Positions 10,199-20,764 are shown, counted from the stretch's first letter. The stretch: 64,000 bases of DNA from Patescibacteria group bacterium (GCA_041658075.1 JBBAAW010000001.1:24778-88777), one strand, 5' to 3'. Numbers and translations: made by a program. The notes: a model not told the origin generated them from the letters alone.

Positions 10199-11254
10199 TT
10201 AGTAGTTGAGGTATCCGTTGTTTAACCCTTCGTTTTTGATATCAAACTCGACCATTTCTTTGACCAGTTCTTTAAAGTTGTGTCTAGGTTTCCAACCAAG
10301 GATTTTTCTGGCCTTTGAAGGGTCACCAAGCAAAAATTCAACTTCGGAAGGTCTAAAGTATTGTGGGTCGATTTTAACATATGTCTTCTTTGTTTTTGTA
10401 TCATAACCTATTTCTTTTAGCCCCTTGCCGGTCCATTTTATTTTGATTCCAATATGTTCAAACGCCAGCTCCACAAACTCCTTTACGGTGTGGGTTTCTC
10501 CTGTGGCTACAATAAAGTCATCCGGTTCTTTGTGTTGCATCATTAGATACATCGCTTCCACATAATCCTTTGCGTGTCCCCAATCTCGAGACGTATGGAT
10601 GTTACCCAGATACAATATCTTTTGTTTTTTATGGAAAATGTCAGCTACAGCTCTGGTGATTTTTCTAGTCACAAAAGTTCTACCTCTCCTTGGCGACTCG
10701 TGGTTAAAAAGTATTCCATTGCAAGCAAAAGTCCCGTAACTATCGCGGTAGTTTTTAACCGTCCAATAAGAAAAAACCTTTGATATGGCATAGGGAGATT
10801 GGGGGTTAAAGGGGGTAGTTTCCTTTTGAGGAGTTTCAAGAACTTTTCCAAACATTTCGCTTGAGGAAGCTTGATAAAATTTGGTTTGTGGACTTGTGTG
10901 CCTAACGGCCTGTAACAACCTTAGCGTTCCCAGAGCATCTACATCGCAGGTGTATTCGGGAATATTAAAGCTTACGCCAACGTGACTCTGTGCTCCTAGA
11001 TTGTATATCTCGGTTGGTTTGAGTCGGGCGACAAGTTCTATAAGACTGGATGAATCTGAAAGATCGCCGTAATGAAGCTGCACATCCCCTGAAGAGAAGT
11101 TCTTCTCAATTATATGGTCTATTCTGGATGAATTAAAAAGGCTGGTTCTTCTACGCAAACCATGGACCTGATACCCTTTTTGTAAGAGTAGCTCCGCCAG
11201 GTATGATCCGTCCTGTCCAGTTATTCCTGTAATAAAAGCTCGTTTTTGTGTCAT
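10199..11254 (-). CDS. gmd: GDP-mannose 4,6-dehydratase
   Basis: N-terminus [33 protein letters not shown] is the canonical GMD signature. 351 aa. Confidence 0.9.
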   Translation of the reverse strand: MTQKRAFITGITGQDGSYLAELLLQKGYQVHGLRRRTSLFNSSRIDHIIEKNFSSGDVQLHYGDLSDSSSLIELVARLKPTEIYNLGAQSHVGVSFNIPEYTCDVDALGTLRLLQAVRHTSPQTKFYQASSSEMFGKVLETPQKETTPFNPQSPYAISKVFSYWTVKNYRDSYGTFACNGILFNHESPRRGRTFVTRKITRAVADIFHKKQKILYLGNIHTSRDWGHAKDYVEAMYLMMQHKEPDDFIVATGETHTVKEFVELAFEHIGIKIKWTGKGLKEIGYDTKTKKTYVKIDPQYFRPSEVEFLLGDPSKARKILGWKPRHNFKELVKEMVEFDIKNEGLNNGYLNY

Positions 11255-11347
11255 AAGCTAATCTTAAAAGCGACTTGTAAATAGTATAGTAATTCATGCA
11301 ATAACGCAACACTAAGTGAAAGACTTTCTTGCTTAGGAAGTGTAAGA

Positions 11348-12292
11348 CTAAACGTTACTAGAGGGCTGTTTACTAAGATGACCTTTGGGGTTACTTTCAT
11401 CAACTAGATACCGGGCAAATTGCATAACCTCTACCAGTATGGTTTCCCTCTGCATACGACGCTTTTCGATAAAATCTCCAGCTAGCGTTTCCTCCATTGC
11501 TTTTTGCTTCGGCGGATAGGAAAAGGGAATATCCACACCAACAACTTTCCTATCAGAATGAAGTGCAGCTAATACAGGAAAAAAGTCAAAATTTGTGTAT
11601 CGTTCCGGATTGGCTCCTCCTCGCCTTTTTGCCCATTCCGGATCATCGACTTGATATCGCTCCATAAACATCCTTACTAGTTCTGGATCGTTTCTGAATG
11701 CTTTCACTCCAAAAAACCAATCGAATTGAGTGTCCGTGGGGAGGATCCCCAGATGTTGAGCAATCCTGTTGCACCACCTATTTCCAAACTCTTCTGATTC
11801 CACCTGAAAGCTTGGATATGTTGTCCTGAATAGGGACGGGTCGCGTCCGGCCATTACTATATCGGCTTCCCCTCTGGCTATGGGATCCACCAATTGCGAT
11901 ATGTAAGGTATTACTTCAGTTTTTTCTGCTTGAATCAACAGAAGGACTCTCGGATTCAGATCAACGGACTTTTCCAGCGCTTCTCTTTTAGCCTCTACCA
12001 TGCCAGGCTTTTCCTGTGCGAGAACTTTTACTCCCATACGCTCTAAAGTTTCAAGGTATTCTTTTGAGCTTCCACCATCTACAACTACAACTTGGTAGTC
12101 GCCTTCTACTGCTTGTCTGAATGTATCAATGGAAGCGTTTCCGCGCGCGGAGTCGGCATTAGTTATATCCGTTTGACTTGATTGCCAATTTTTGTAGAAC
12201 GTGGTGGCAAAAACAACTACATCATGGGGGTTTAACTTCTCATAACTTTGTTGAGACTCATTTCCTACGTTAGTTAACTGAGTTGCTAGCAT
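11348..12292 (-). CDS. Hypothetical protein, possibly a GT-A-like Rossmann fold (VVVVDGGSS)
   Basis: 314-aa ORF with no recognisable family. GC content is intermediate (~46%) compared with its neighbours. Confidence 0.35.
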   Translation of the reverse strand: MLATQLTNVGNESQQSYEKLNPHDVVVFATTFYKNWQSSQTDITNADSARGNASIDTFRQAVEGDYQVVVVDGGSSKEYLETLERMGVKVLAQEKPGMVEAKREALEKSVDLNPRVLLLIQAEKTEVIPYISQLVDPIARGEADIVMAGRDPSLFRTTYPSFQVESEEFGNRWCNRIAQHLGILPTDTQFDWFFGVKAFRNDPELVRMFMERYQVDDPEWAKRRGGANPERYTNFDFFPVLAALHSDRKVVGVDIPFSYPPKQKAMEETLAGDFIEKRRMQRETILVEVMQFARYLVDESNPKGHLSKQPSSNV

Positions 12293-12335
12293 GCACGCAT
12301 TTTAGTATGAAATATAGCGGAAAACAAGAACAAAG

Positions 12336-13150
12336 TTATTTCTCTAGAATAATCCGATGAGATAGATAGCGTCCAAAGACCTGGGCCGCACCCATATCGG
12401 GAATGTAAACCTTTACCCTATTTTCATCAGAGTCGGGCAAGTCCTCAAGGCGCAGGGTTACACCTTGCTCGTCTAGGAACTTCGCCACTTGCTCATCTTT
12501 CACAAGCGCTTCGTAATGGGGATCATAAAATTCCCAGCTTTTAGTTGTTTCGTTGTACCTCATTTTGGGAGAGGTAGGACCTATAAATGCTTTCCCGCCA
12601 TGCTTTAGCACACGGCATATATCCATGATTCCTTCCTGCCAAATTTCTTTATTATGAATGTGCTCGGCTACATGGAATACTAATATGGTGTCAAAAGTTT
12701 CGTCTACAAAAGGTAAATCGTTCAAGAGCCCCGCCACCCCCATTAGTTTTGTTTGGTATTTACGAGCGGCTGATATTATTGCCGTGTTTCTGTATTTCTG
12801 AAACATAAAATCAGGACTTAACTCAAACACTTTTGCCCCGCAGTCTCTTTCTCTCAATTCTGTGGCTATCTTGACTTCAGAGCCGGCACCAAGATCCAAT
12901 ATAACTTTATCGTTTAAATCACTTTCGCTGAATCCAAGTGCATTTTGATATTGTTCTAGGGTTCGTCCGCCTTCAGGCACGGTCACATTTTTGTGGTCTA
13001 TGGTTCCAGCCTCCCAACCCTTCCCTCCCTTTATCACCTCATGCACGGCATCTTCTGAGGGTTCGCTCGTACTGTTTTTACCGGCAAAAGTATCTCCGAT
13101 TCTTCTTTCGAATTCAACAATGCTTTCAACAAATTTCATGTTCATTTGAT
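12336..13150 (-). CDS. Class I SAM-dependent methyltransferase
   Basis: ILDLGAGSEV motif I, FHVAEHI motif. Start taken at the internal ATG (MNMKF), because the upstream extension overlaps the divergent promoter region. Confidence 0.6.
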
Positions 13151-13209
13151 AATAAAGGAAAAGTCTAATTTTCTCAATTTGTATGCACATTATTACAACC
13201 CTATAGTAT

Positions 13210-13238
13210 TTGACGATATAGACTTTTTGGCGTAAAAT
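13210..13238 (+). promoter_or_regulatory. Sigma70-type promoter TTGACG-17nt-TAAAAT, followed by SD AGAGGTG, driving the GC-rich ORF
   Basis: Near-consensus -35 and -10 with a 17-nt spacer, read directly from the sequence. SD lies 5 nt before the ATG at 13289. Confidence 0.5.
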
Positions 13239-13288
13239 AGCCGTATCTAGCAATCCAGCTAGTCTTGAAAACAAAATAGAGGTGAAAA

Positions 13289-14032
13289 ATGGACGCGTAT
13301 CTGCGTGCACTTGAGCAACAGTTGGAGCCGCTGTACCACATTCCCCATGTCGTTGGGGGGCACGAGATCAGTCATGTGAGGATGATGTTGGCGCGAGCTA
13401 AAGGGGTGCTTGAGGCGATCAGCCGATACTACCCCGGCCTCGACCCGGCAGACGATGGAACTTTCACAGAGCTTCTTGCCGCTATTTGGTGGCACAACGT
13501 CGACCGGGTTCGGGAGTGGAAAGTAGATGTACAGAAAGCGGGGGGTGACGAGCCTTATGTGCTGATGCAGCTCGCTGACAGTCCTTTCGAAAACGACGCG
13601 CGTGCGCGCATCGCGTACGCGGTGGCAAACCACTCTCAGAGGGAGTGTCAAATCGGTGAACATCCCTGGTTGCTGGTTGCCTTGATGGACCTGGACAAGA
13701 TGGTCAGGCTATTCCCGCTCAATGTCATCGAAGGGGCACAACACCAGCTCGAGGATAACCCGATATACGATCCGGAACCGGAACACCTCTTCGACTACAA
13801 GAAGGCACGCCGAAGCTTATGGCGCGCATTCATGTGGAACTTGGAGTGGGTGCCCATGCTTTCTTGTGACGAGGTGCGTGCGTTGATTGAGAAAGCACAC
13901 TTCCGTGCGTTCATCGACTTCCTGCGGGCTCTGGGGGCTGACATCGCGGAGCGTGAGGGAGTGCCGAACGGAGTCGAAGGGCAGATTGAACTAGCTCTGG
14001 GTGAATATTACCAGGAGTTTGCCTGCTCGTGA
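13289..14032 (+). CDS. Hypothetical protein encoded in a GC-rich (~58%) island
   Basis: 247-aa ORF with strong promoter and SD. Compositionally foreign. No family recognised (His-rich N-terminus HVVGGHEISH). Confidence 0.5.
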   Translation: MDAYLRALEQQLEPLYHIPHVVGGHEISHVRMMLARAKGVLEAISRYYPGLDPADDGTFTELLAAIWWHNVDRVREWKVDVQKAGGDEPYVLMQLADSPFENDARARIAYAVANHSQRECQIGEHPWLLVALMDLDKMVRLFPLNVIEGAQHQLEDNPIYDPEPEHLFDYKKARRSLWRAFMWNLEWVPMLSCDEVRALIEKAHFRAFIDFLRALGADIAEREGVPNGVEGQIELALGEYYQEFACS

Positions 14033-14145
14033 ACTTGCCTAACCGGTGGCAAGGGGGGCTACCTACAACAAAAGCATAATCTTTGTTGCAAGGGGCCTCC
14101 AATTCTTTTCATTGGATTGACAGAAGCAGGCATTAAAGCCAAAAT

Positions 14146-17100
14146 GTGAGGATAAAATCGCCTGATAGCAAGAACATGACAAAGGTGCCCGGTAAAATTC
14201 TCATCTTTTTTCAAGCCTACAAAAGTTTCTTATCCAGACATCCCGTTGTTTCATTAATACTAAATATCCTCTGGCCGCTTCTTATCTTTCTGTGGGTTGT
14301 TTTTATCAACCGTTTTCCACAGGGCTACATTTATGTTAGTGGAGATTTTGCTCAGCCAATAAACATAGAAAACATTTTCAAAAACCTTTTTTACACTTGG
14401 GGTAATGGTATATCAGCTCCCAGCGAGGGAGGATTCTTCTCCTGGTTTGCGGCTTCTCCGTATTATTTTATCTTCTATCTTCTGCCCCACAAACTGGGTC
14501 TTAACGACACTAATATTTTGTCGTACGTACTTTTTCTTTTCTTATCACTTTCCTACTTTTCCTTCTTGTTGGCCTTAAAACTTATCTTCAAAGAAAAACT
14601 TACTGTTTTTACCAGAGTTTTTTCGCTTATCTATTCAATAAACCTCACAACTATATATTTCTACACTTACACGTGGGGTTTTTCACACCAAGTTTTTTTA
14701 TATATAACCCTTCCTTTATTGGGTGCGGTATTCTACCGTTACATTTCTAAACCTTCCCTTAATAATACGTTAGCCTTTCTTGTCTTGCTCTTTTTGTCTA
14801 TCCCCGGTTTTACTAATGTAGCGTTTTTCGTTTCTTTATGTCTATTTTTTTGTCTATTTTTGGCTTTTTCTATTCTGTTAAAAGTCGTTGTTATAAATAG
14901 GAAACTTGTTTTATCATTATTAATTCTTTCGATACTTTCTCTGCTGACTCTATCAGTTTGGGTTGCGCCTACTTACATGGCTTTACGGGGCGAATTATCG
15001 AGTTTGGCCGGTGGAATGTTTAACTTTAATCTATGGCTCAGAACCCAGTCGGCGGATATCTTGTCCATCCTGATAGGTTTACCAGGTTATGGAGGGTTCT
15101 TTCCGTTTTCTCACAACCGTTGGTTTCTTTATCTGTTTCCGTTTATTCCAATACTTCTACTTGTAGTGTTTTTAATAAAGTCAAAGAATGAACCCGCCGT
15201 TTTGCGTAAAAGACTGTCTTTAGTCTTGCTTTCAATCTGTGTTATTTTTATGTTTCTAATAAAAAAAGGGCAAGGTCCATTTGGCGAACTCACTTTAAAG
15301 GTTTTTTCCGTTATTCCTCTTTTATCTATATTTAGAAGCTACGAAAAAATCGCTCTTTTTATGCCTTTTTTGATGCTTACTGCCATTTACGGTCTCATAC
15401 CCTTAAAATTTACCGCTAACAAATATATCTACGTTGTTTTAGTGGCGACTTTGTTTGCAGGAGCTCCATTTTTAATGGGTGGCATTCAAACTAAATACAG
15501 CATAACTTTGGGCGACGATCCTACAAAGGACTACACAACTTCAAAGTATTCTGGTTTAGTTAAAATTCCTTCCGACTACTATAAAATCGCCGATATTGTG
15601 AATGCAGATACTCAGGATTCAAAGGTTCAGGATCTGCCATTCAGTGTGTTGAACACACCTGCGTGGGTAAATTACATAAAATGGAAATTAATTGGATTTA
15701 ACGTTACACAGAATCTTTTGGTAAAGCCCACCATTGGACAAAATGCCTCACAGCTAAACTTATTTAACTGGTCGCCCACTGCAGAATTTAATGGGACTCG
15801 TTTAAATCCAGAGTGGTATATAAAACTGCTTTCATACTTTAACGTTTCCCACCTTATTTACCATAAAGGTGTGGCCGATCAGTTTATCTCTCAGTCACTG
15901 CCTAAAGTTCAGGAATTAGAAAAGGAGGGTTTAATATCTAATCTATATGATGGAGAGTCTGCCTCTCTTTACAAGGTGGACGATAAATATGTTCTGCCTA
16001 GTTTTTACGTTCCCAAAGAAACATTGTTTGTGTATGACGAATTAAGATTTTTTCCGTACCTACTCCTTGTTCCGGATTACGACAAACAAACAAACTACCT
16101 TTTTAAAGAGGTTAACAAACCGACTTTGGATGAACAAAATACGAAGACAGTTGTAATATTGGAGGAACTCATCTCTTTGGATACTCTTATGGATAACACA
16201 TGGAGTCCAGCGTGGGTATGGCCCCCACAGAATGACTCCAAGGATCAAGTTGACATTCAATTGCTAAATATTGTACGGGTGGCGTTTGAGATGAAGTCGC
16301 AAAACCTATACCATAACCAACCACTGCAGGGAGAAATAGCCTTCGCACTGCAAGGATTAAAGTTGGCCGTGGAAGAAGAACTAAAGACGCGTACCCAGGT
16401 TACAGAACGTAATAAAATTATCGAAAAAGTTCTTAAGAATCTTATAATGGTTAATGTTGAGTATGGCGACCAGGGAGATGTCCACAACTTTTTTCTTTCT
16501 CTTCTGTATAATTTTGACTCTTGGGCGTTAGTAAAAGGCTGCATGTTCAGCTGCTACCCTATGGAAATTCCGGAGACCGGGGATTACGAAATCCTTGTTG
16601 AAAACTTAGACGATGCCGCCAAAAACGCAAGAATCTATTTTAAAGATAGAAACACGGGCGCTACTTTGTCCGGAGAAGCTACTCAAAACCTAAGTAAATC
16701 GAATAACGACTATGTAAATTACGGAGTTATATCCTTTACTAAGGGTAACTCTTTGTTTTTAGATTTTTACCATCGGTCGCAGATATTTCTCAAGATGTCG
16801 GAGTGGAAAAAGGAGACTGTGGACGGAAAAAACAGTATAAGCAGAGAGCTGTTAAATTTAGAACCAAATCGGAGATATCAGGTTTCCATTAAATACAATG
16901 GAGATTTAGATTCAGTTTCTTTTACGATTGTTGAGGATAGCTCTGTTCCAAATGCATCGGTACTACAGTTGGGAGAGATCTTAAAAAAGACGGGGCAGGA
17001 CCCATTCTTCTTTGCAGGAAATGTCGGTGGAACAAGCAAGCTTTATCTTTACAACAAGGACGGAAAGGATATTAACTCTTTAGATATTGGCGATATAAGG

Positions 17101-17523
17101 GTGGAGGAGATCTTTAGTCCCAAAATAATTCTGAAACAAACTAAAACATCAATCGGCACATCTCCGGAGAGTCCGGAAATACAAATAAAAAAGGTTAATC
17201 CAACCAAATACCTTATTTTAGTTAGCAAAGCAACCGGTCCGTATTCTCTGGTATTTAGTGAAAGTTTTCATAGTCAATGGAAGCTGTATCTTAAGGGAAA
17301 AGAGATAGCTAAGGATAATCATTTTGTGGCAAACGGCTACGCTAACTACTGGGTAATCAACCCCCAAGATACGGAGAATCTAAGTTCGTATGATCTTGTA
17401 GTGGAATACAGACCCCAAATTCTATTTTATTATGGCGCAATAATTTCCCTTTCGACTTTGTTTCTTCTCTTTTTAGTACTATGTCTAAGAAAAATTATCC
17501 AAAAAGGAAAAACTTATGAGTAA
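14146..17523 (+). CDS. Giant integral membrane protein (1125 aa), GT-C/AftD-like architecture: ~11 N-terminal TM helices, a large extracytoplasmic domain, a C-terminal TM anchor
   Basis: Hydrophobic N-terminal 450 aa, soluble middle part, C-terminal TM (IISLSTLFLLFLVLCL). The only long plus-strand gene inside the minus-strand cluster. Confidence 0.5.
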   Translation: MRIKSPDSKNMTKVPGKILIFFQAYKSFLSRHPVVSLILNILWPLLIFLWVVFINRFPQGYIYVSGDFAQPINIENIFKNLFYTWGNGISAPSEGGFFSWFAASPYYFIFYLLPHKLGLNDTNILSYVLFLFLSLSYFSFLLALKLIFKEKLTVFTRVFSLIYSINLTTIYFYTYTWGFSHQVFLYITLPLLGAVFYRYISKPSLNNTLAFLVLLFLSIPGFTNVAFFVSLCLFFCLFLAFSILLKVVVINRKLVLSLLILSILSLLTLSVWVAPTYMALRGELSSLAGGMFNFNLWLRTQSADILSILIGLPGYGGFFPFSHNRWFLYLFPFIPILLLVVFLIKSKNEPAVLRKRLSLVLLSICVIFMFLIKKGQGPFGELTLKVFSVIPLLSIFRSYEKIALFMPFLMLTAIYGLIPLKFTANKYIYVVLVATLFAGAPFLMGGIQTKYSITLGDDPTKDYTTSKYSGLVKIPSDYYKIADIVNADTQDSKVQDLPFSVLNTPAWVNYIKWKLIGFNVTQNLLVKPTIGQNASQLNLFNWSPTAEFNGTRLNPEWYIKLLSYFNVSHLIYHKGVADQFISQSLPKVQELEKEGLISNLYDGESASLYKVDDKYVLPSFYVPKETLFVYDELRFFPYLLLVPDYDKQTNYLFKEVNKPTLDEQNTKTVVILEELISLDTLMDNTWSPAWVWPPQNDSKDQVDIQLLNIVRVAFEMKSQNLYHNQPLQGEIAFALQGLKLAVEEELKTRTQVTERNKIIEKVLKNLIMVNVEYGDQGDVHNFFLSLLYNFDSWALVKGCMFSCYPMEIPETGDYEILVENLDDAAKNARIYFKDRNTGATLSGEATQNLSKSNNDYVNYGVISFTKGNSLFLDFYHRSQIFLKMSEWKKETVDGKNSISRELLNLEPNRRYQVSIKYNGDLDSVSFTIVEDSSVPNASVLQLGEILKKTGQDPFFFAGNVGGTSKLYLYNKDGKDINSLDIGDIRVEEIFSPKIILKQTKTSIGTSPESPEIQIKKVNPTKYLILVSKATGPYSLVFSESFHSQWKLYLKGKEIAKDNHFVANGYANYWVINPQDTENLSSYDLVVEYRPQILFYYGAIISLSTLFLLFLVLCLRKIIQKGKTYE

Positions 17524-17896
17524 AAAGCATCACAAAGATCAGCCGTTAGTGGAGAGTTACACGGACTCTGTATTGGAGAGCGGGATGTTCTGGTTATTTG
17601 CGTCAATTACCTTTGTGGTATTTCTTGAAATGCTTTTCTTTCCCAAAGTTCCTGATCTTTTAGAGCTACTGCTAATATTGCTGTGGCGATTTTCTGTGGA
17701 GAAAAATAAACATCCTCAAAAGATATTAACAGTCTCGGTTTGCGTAATAACACTATTTATCCCCTTCCTTTTAATGATTGGTCGATCCGATCTGGCAAAG
17801 GAATTTGCTATTTGGATGTTTTATATTTTCATTGGCGAGGTTGGTTTGGAGGCATGGAAAATAATAAAACAGGGTTGGAGACCCGATGTCAAATAA
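17516..17896 (+). CDS. Small membrane protein (3 predicted TM helices), translationally coupled to the giant gene
   Basis: ATGAGTAA start/stop overlap. Hydrophobic segments. Confidence 0.4.
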   Translation: MSKKHHKDQPLVESYTDSVLESGMFWLFASITFVVFLEMLFFPKVPDLLELLLILLWRFSVEKNKHPQKILTVSVCVITLFIPFLLMIGRSDLAKEFAIWMFYIFIGEVGLEAWKIIKQGWRPDVK

Positions 17897-17990
17897 TTAC
17901 TAAATTTGTGAGTCTTATACCCACTTGCCGTTTTCCATGAAAACCCTGACAAATCTGTATGATATGCCAGAATGTTTAACAACATCGACA

Positions 17991-19097
17991 TCACTGCTTC
18001 CATCCTTTCCTGCTGGCTTCTGCCTTTTTAAACAGTCCGGCGATGGTTCCTAACGCATACATCCATAAAGTAATCTCGCATGCTAGTGGATGAAAAAACC
18101 AAGCAGGATCCCGTTTTTTAGTGTAGCCTTTTACAGCCTCATACAATAAGGGAAAAACCGTTAAACAACTTAGTAAGAACTTTATCATTCCGAACTTATT
18201 CATTACTGCAGATACAAACAAAGAAATTACCCCCTGCACCTTCTCTGTAATTACAGCTTTTCCCGTTCCTAACTCATCTTTAGCCTCCCATTCAAAATCC
18301 CGATTTTTAGCAACAAATTTAGAATATAAAAGATCACTAATTCGTCTTCGTTGTTTCCTGGCAAATTTTTTGATATCACTTTCACAAAAAGTATGGATAA
18401 TTCCATTTTTTACTTTAATAAAAGTTACGGCGCCGTTTTTCTTTAGGGATTTTGCAACGATGTCTATATCAAACAAGTAGTCTCCTTTTGCGGCTTCCTT
18501 TAAAAAACCGGTTCTGAAAACAGTTCCGTTCGCACCGATCGTTGGTAGACCCCTTTTGTCAAATTTCACCACAAGGTACCCCCCTTTATCAACTTCTTCA
18601 TGCGGAACTTCAGTCCACCTTCCTGTAAGTAGGTTCATTCGGTCATAATCTCCCAAAAAGTGTACAAAGGGATCGTTCATTCCTATCAAGGCGCAATATC
18701 TGGCAATAAAACCATCCTGGGCGCGCCAGGTGTATTCCCAAGGCTCGCTTCCAACGGCTTCAGGTTCCTTTATTAAGGGATCTATCATATCCCTCATCCA
18801 ATTTGTATCAGGCAAAATGTTATCCGAATCTATTAAGACAACAAAATCCCCGGTAGCGGCCCGTAAGGCAGCCATTTTCCCCGCTTCCCCCGTTTTTAGT
18901 TTATTTTCCACGACTTTAGCCCCGTATTTAAATGCAATATCTAAGGTTTTGTCTTTTGAGCCCCCGTCGGCAACGATAATCTCTATTTTCTCTTTTGGAT
19001 AATTTTGAATGGAGATAGATTTAAGGCACAATTCAAGAACCGATGCGGCGTTTAGTGTAGGAATTAAAACAGAAACTTTAGGTTTAGAATCGCTCAT
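17991..19097 (-). CDS. Glycosyltransferase family 2 with C-terminal TM helices
   Basis: VSVLIPTLNAA...DGGSKDKT...DSDN GT-A motifs. Confidence 0.75.
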   Translation of the reverse strand: MSDSKPKVSVLIPTLNAASVLELCLKSISIQNYPKEKIEIIVADGGSKDKTLDIAFKYGAKVVENKLKTGEAGKMAALRAATGDFVVLIDSDNILPDTNWMRDMIDPLIKEPEAVGSEPWEYTWRAQDGFIARYCALIGMNDPFVHFLGDYDRMNLLTGRWTEVPHEEVDKGGYLVVKFDKRGLPTIGANGTVFRTGFLKEAAKGDYLFDIDIVAKSLKKNGAVTFIKVKNGIIHTFCESDIKKFARKQRRRISDLLYSKFVAKNRDFEWEAKDELGTGKAVITEKVQGVISLFVSAVMNKFGMIKFLLSCLTVFPLLYEAVKGYTKKRDPAWFFHPLACEITLWMYALGTIAGLFKKAEASRKGWKQ

Positions 19098-20679
19098 TTT
19101 TAGTGGGAACCAGGTGGCTAAACATACTTCTCCCCGCGTCGATCCAAAACTTAGGTGACAGCATATTCACCTTGGTTTGGTTTTTATCAAAGTCGAGCAA
19201 ATGTCCCAAGAGTCGTTTAGCACTCATAGCATAAAACTTAACATCATCTACTTTTCTTATAGACAGAATTTTGCGGACAAAATACTGCGGCGTAAAAAAG
19301 CTCGAATACAGCTCCTGCGTCATTTCAAAAAGCCTGGCCTCCGCAAAAGGAATCTTCATAACCGGTTTTCTCATGTCAAACTCCCCGTAATCTTTAGGAT
19401 CCACGGCAAACAAGCCTTTTTCCACGCATTCTTTATACAAAGGTGTTCCCGGATAGGGGATAACAATAGTGGCCTGCATGGTGTCAACGTAACCCTTTTT
19501 AAACAAACTCTTGGCTAGTGCAATAGTGTTTTGTGCCATTTCTTCCGTTTCCCATGGATAGCCCAGCATTACGGTAATATGTGGCTCCAAGCCGGCCTTT
19601 TTAGCCATTCGCACGCCTTCTTCTATTTGTTCCACTTTTAGACCTTTGTCCAGTTTGTCCAGCGTTTCCTGATTTGCGCTCTCCATGCCGTATAAAATAA
19701 AGCGGAAGTTAGCCTTACCCATTAAGTCGTAATAGTCTTGCGACAGGGCATTAAGGCGCATATTACAGCTAAAAACCACTTTTTTGTTATAACCGGACTC
19801 TATGAGAAGCTCGCAAAACTTTTTTAGGGGTGGACCAACAAAGAGCGTTCCCGCGTCGTCAAAAATTTCTTTGACTTTATACTTGTCGACAACATATTTA
19901 ACCTCCGCAAAGAGTCGTTCCGGTGAGAACCGGCGATAGGTTCCTTGCGGATTTAGAGTGTGATCCCAAACGCAAAAAGTGCAGCGACCCCACCAGCAAT
20001 CTCTGCCGGAATACATGTAGGTGGCGGGAGTGTATTTGTAGTTGCCGTTGGTGTAGGCGTAAAGCTCCCATTTGGTAAGATCGCGATCGACAAAGGGAAG
20101 CTCGTCCAGATTATGCTTTTGGACTAGTGGGCCGGATACCCAAAAAGCGCCTTCTTCTTTTGCCATATCGCCAAGTTTTATCTTAGTGTCACCTTTTCTG
20201 CCCCAAATCCCGCCCGGCAAAACCGTGCCTTTGGTAATGGAGTCGGCAAGGTCGCTAAGCATAAAGTCATAGTCGCCACCGGTAAGTATATAGTCAACCT
20301 GGCAGTTGTTTAGCGTTTCTTTAGGATCTTGTGTTACATGGTCGCCAACCATAGCAATTAACATGTTGGGAAGTTTTTCTTTAAGTTCGTTCACGATTTT
20401 CCAGTGTTGTTTTGCCACAGGAGCCTTGGTTTCCAGCATTAATAAGTCAGGCGACTCTTTTTGAAGTTCATCGAGCCATTGGACGTAAGTTTGTTTTGAA
20501 GCAATGCCGTCCATCCAAACCACGTCATACCCACGCTCTTTTGCCAGCGACGCAGCATAAGCCGGAACCATGGGGTAAATGTAAGTTGGGGCGTTAAAAT
20601 ATTGAAATTGACGATTTTGAGTAAGAAGCGGTGTTCCTTTTGGCGACTCTATAGGAGGATATCCTATGGCGATTTTCAT
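19084..20679 (-). CDS. Class-B radical SAM enzyme: N-terminal cobalamin-binding-like domain + radical SAM core
   Basis: MVGDHVTQDP...YILTGGDYDF B12-domain-like region. Cys cluster CWWGRCTFC (Cx4Cx2C). Start set at MKIAIGYPP; the longer ORF start at 20847 runs into GC-rich foreign DNA. Confidence 0.55.
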   Translation of the reverse strand: MKIAIGYPPIESPKGTPLLTQNRQFQYFNAPTYIYPMVPAYAASLAKERGYDVVWMDGIASKQTYVQWLDELQKESPDLLMLETKAPVAKQHWKIVNELKEKLPNMLIAMVGDHVTQDPKETLNNCQVDYILTGGDYDFMLSDLADSITKGTVLPGGIWGRKGDTKIKLGDMAKEEGAFWVSGPLVQKHNLDELPFVDRDLTKWELYAYTNGNYKYTPATYMYSGRDCWWGRCTFCVWDHTLNPQGTYRRFSPERLFAEVKYVVDKYKVKEIFDDAGTLFVGPPLKKFCELLIESGYNKKVVFSCNMRLNALSQDYYDLMGKANFRFILYGMESANQETLDKLDKGLKVEQIEEGVRMAKKAGLEPHITVMLGYPWETEEMAQNTIALAKSLFKKGYVDTMQATIVIPYPGTPLYKECVEKGLFAVDPKDYGEFDMRKPVMKIPFAEARLFEMTQELYSSFFTPQYFVRKILSIRKVDDVKFYAMSAKRLLGHLLDFDKNQTKVNMLSPKFWIDAGRSMFSHLVPTKNERF

Positions 20680-20764
20680 GAAATCGATTATAGCAGATTT
20701 GAAATAGGGGTTTGGTACCACTCCGCAGACGCGACAAATTATTTTGTCCGCGGAGTGGCCCGTT

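Noticed and set aside
13259-13663. 134-aa minus-strand ORF (and 13911-14102) antisense to the GC-rich 247-aa gene; similarly 20974-21343 ORFs antisense to the TIM-barrel gene
   Set aside because: High-GC DNA produces long spurious antisense ORFs. The sense ORFs carry the promoter and SD signals.
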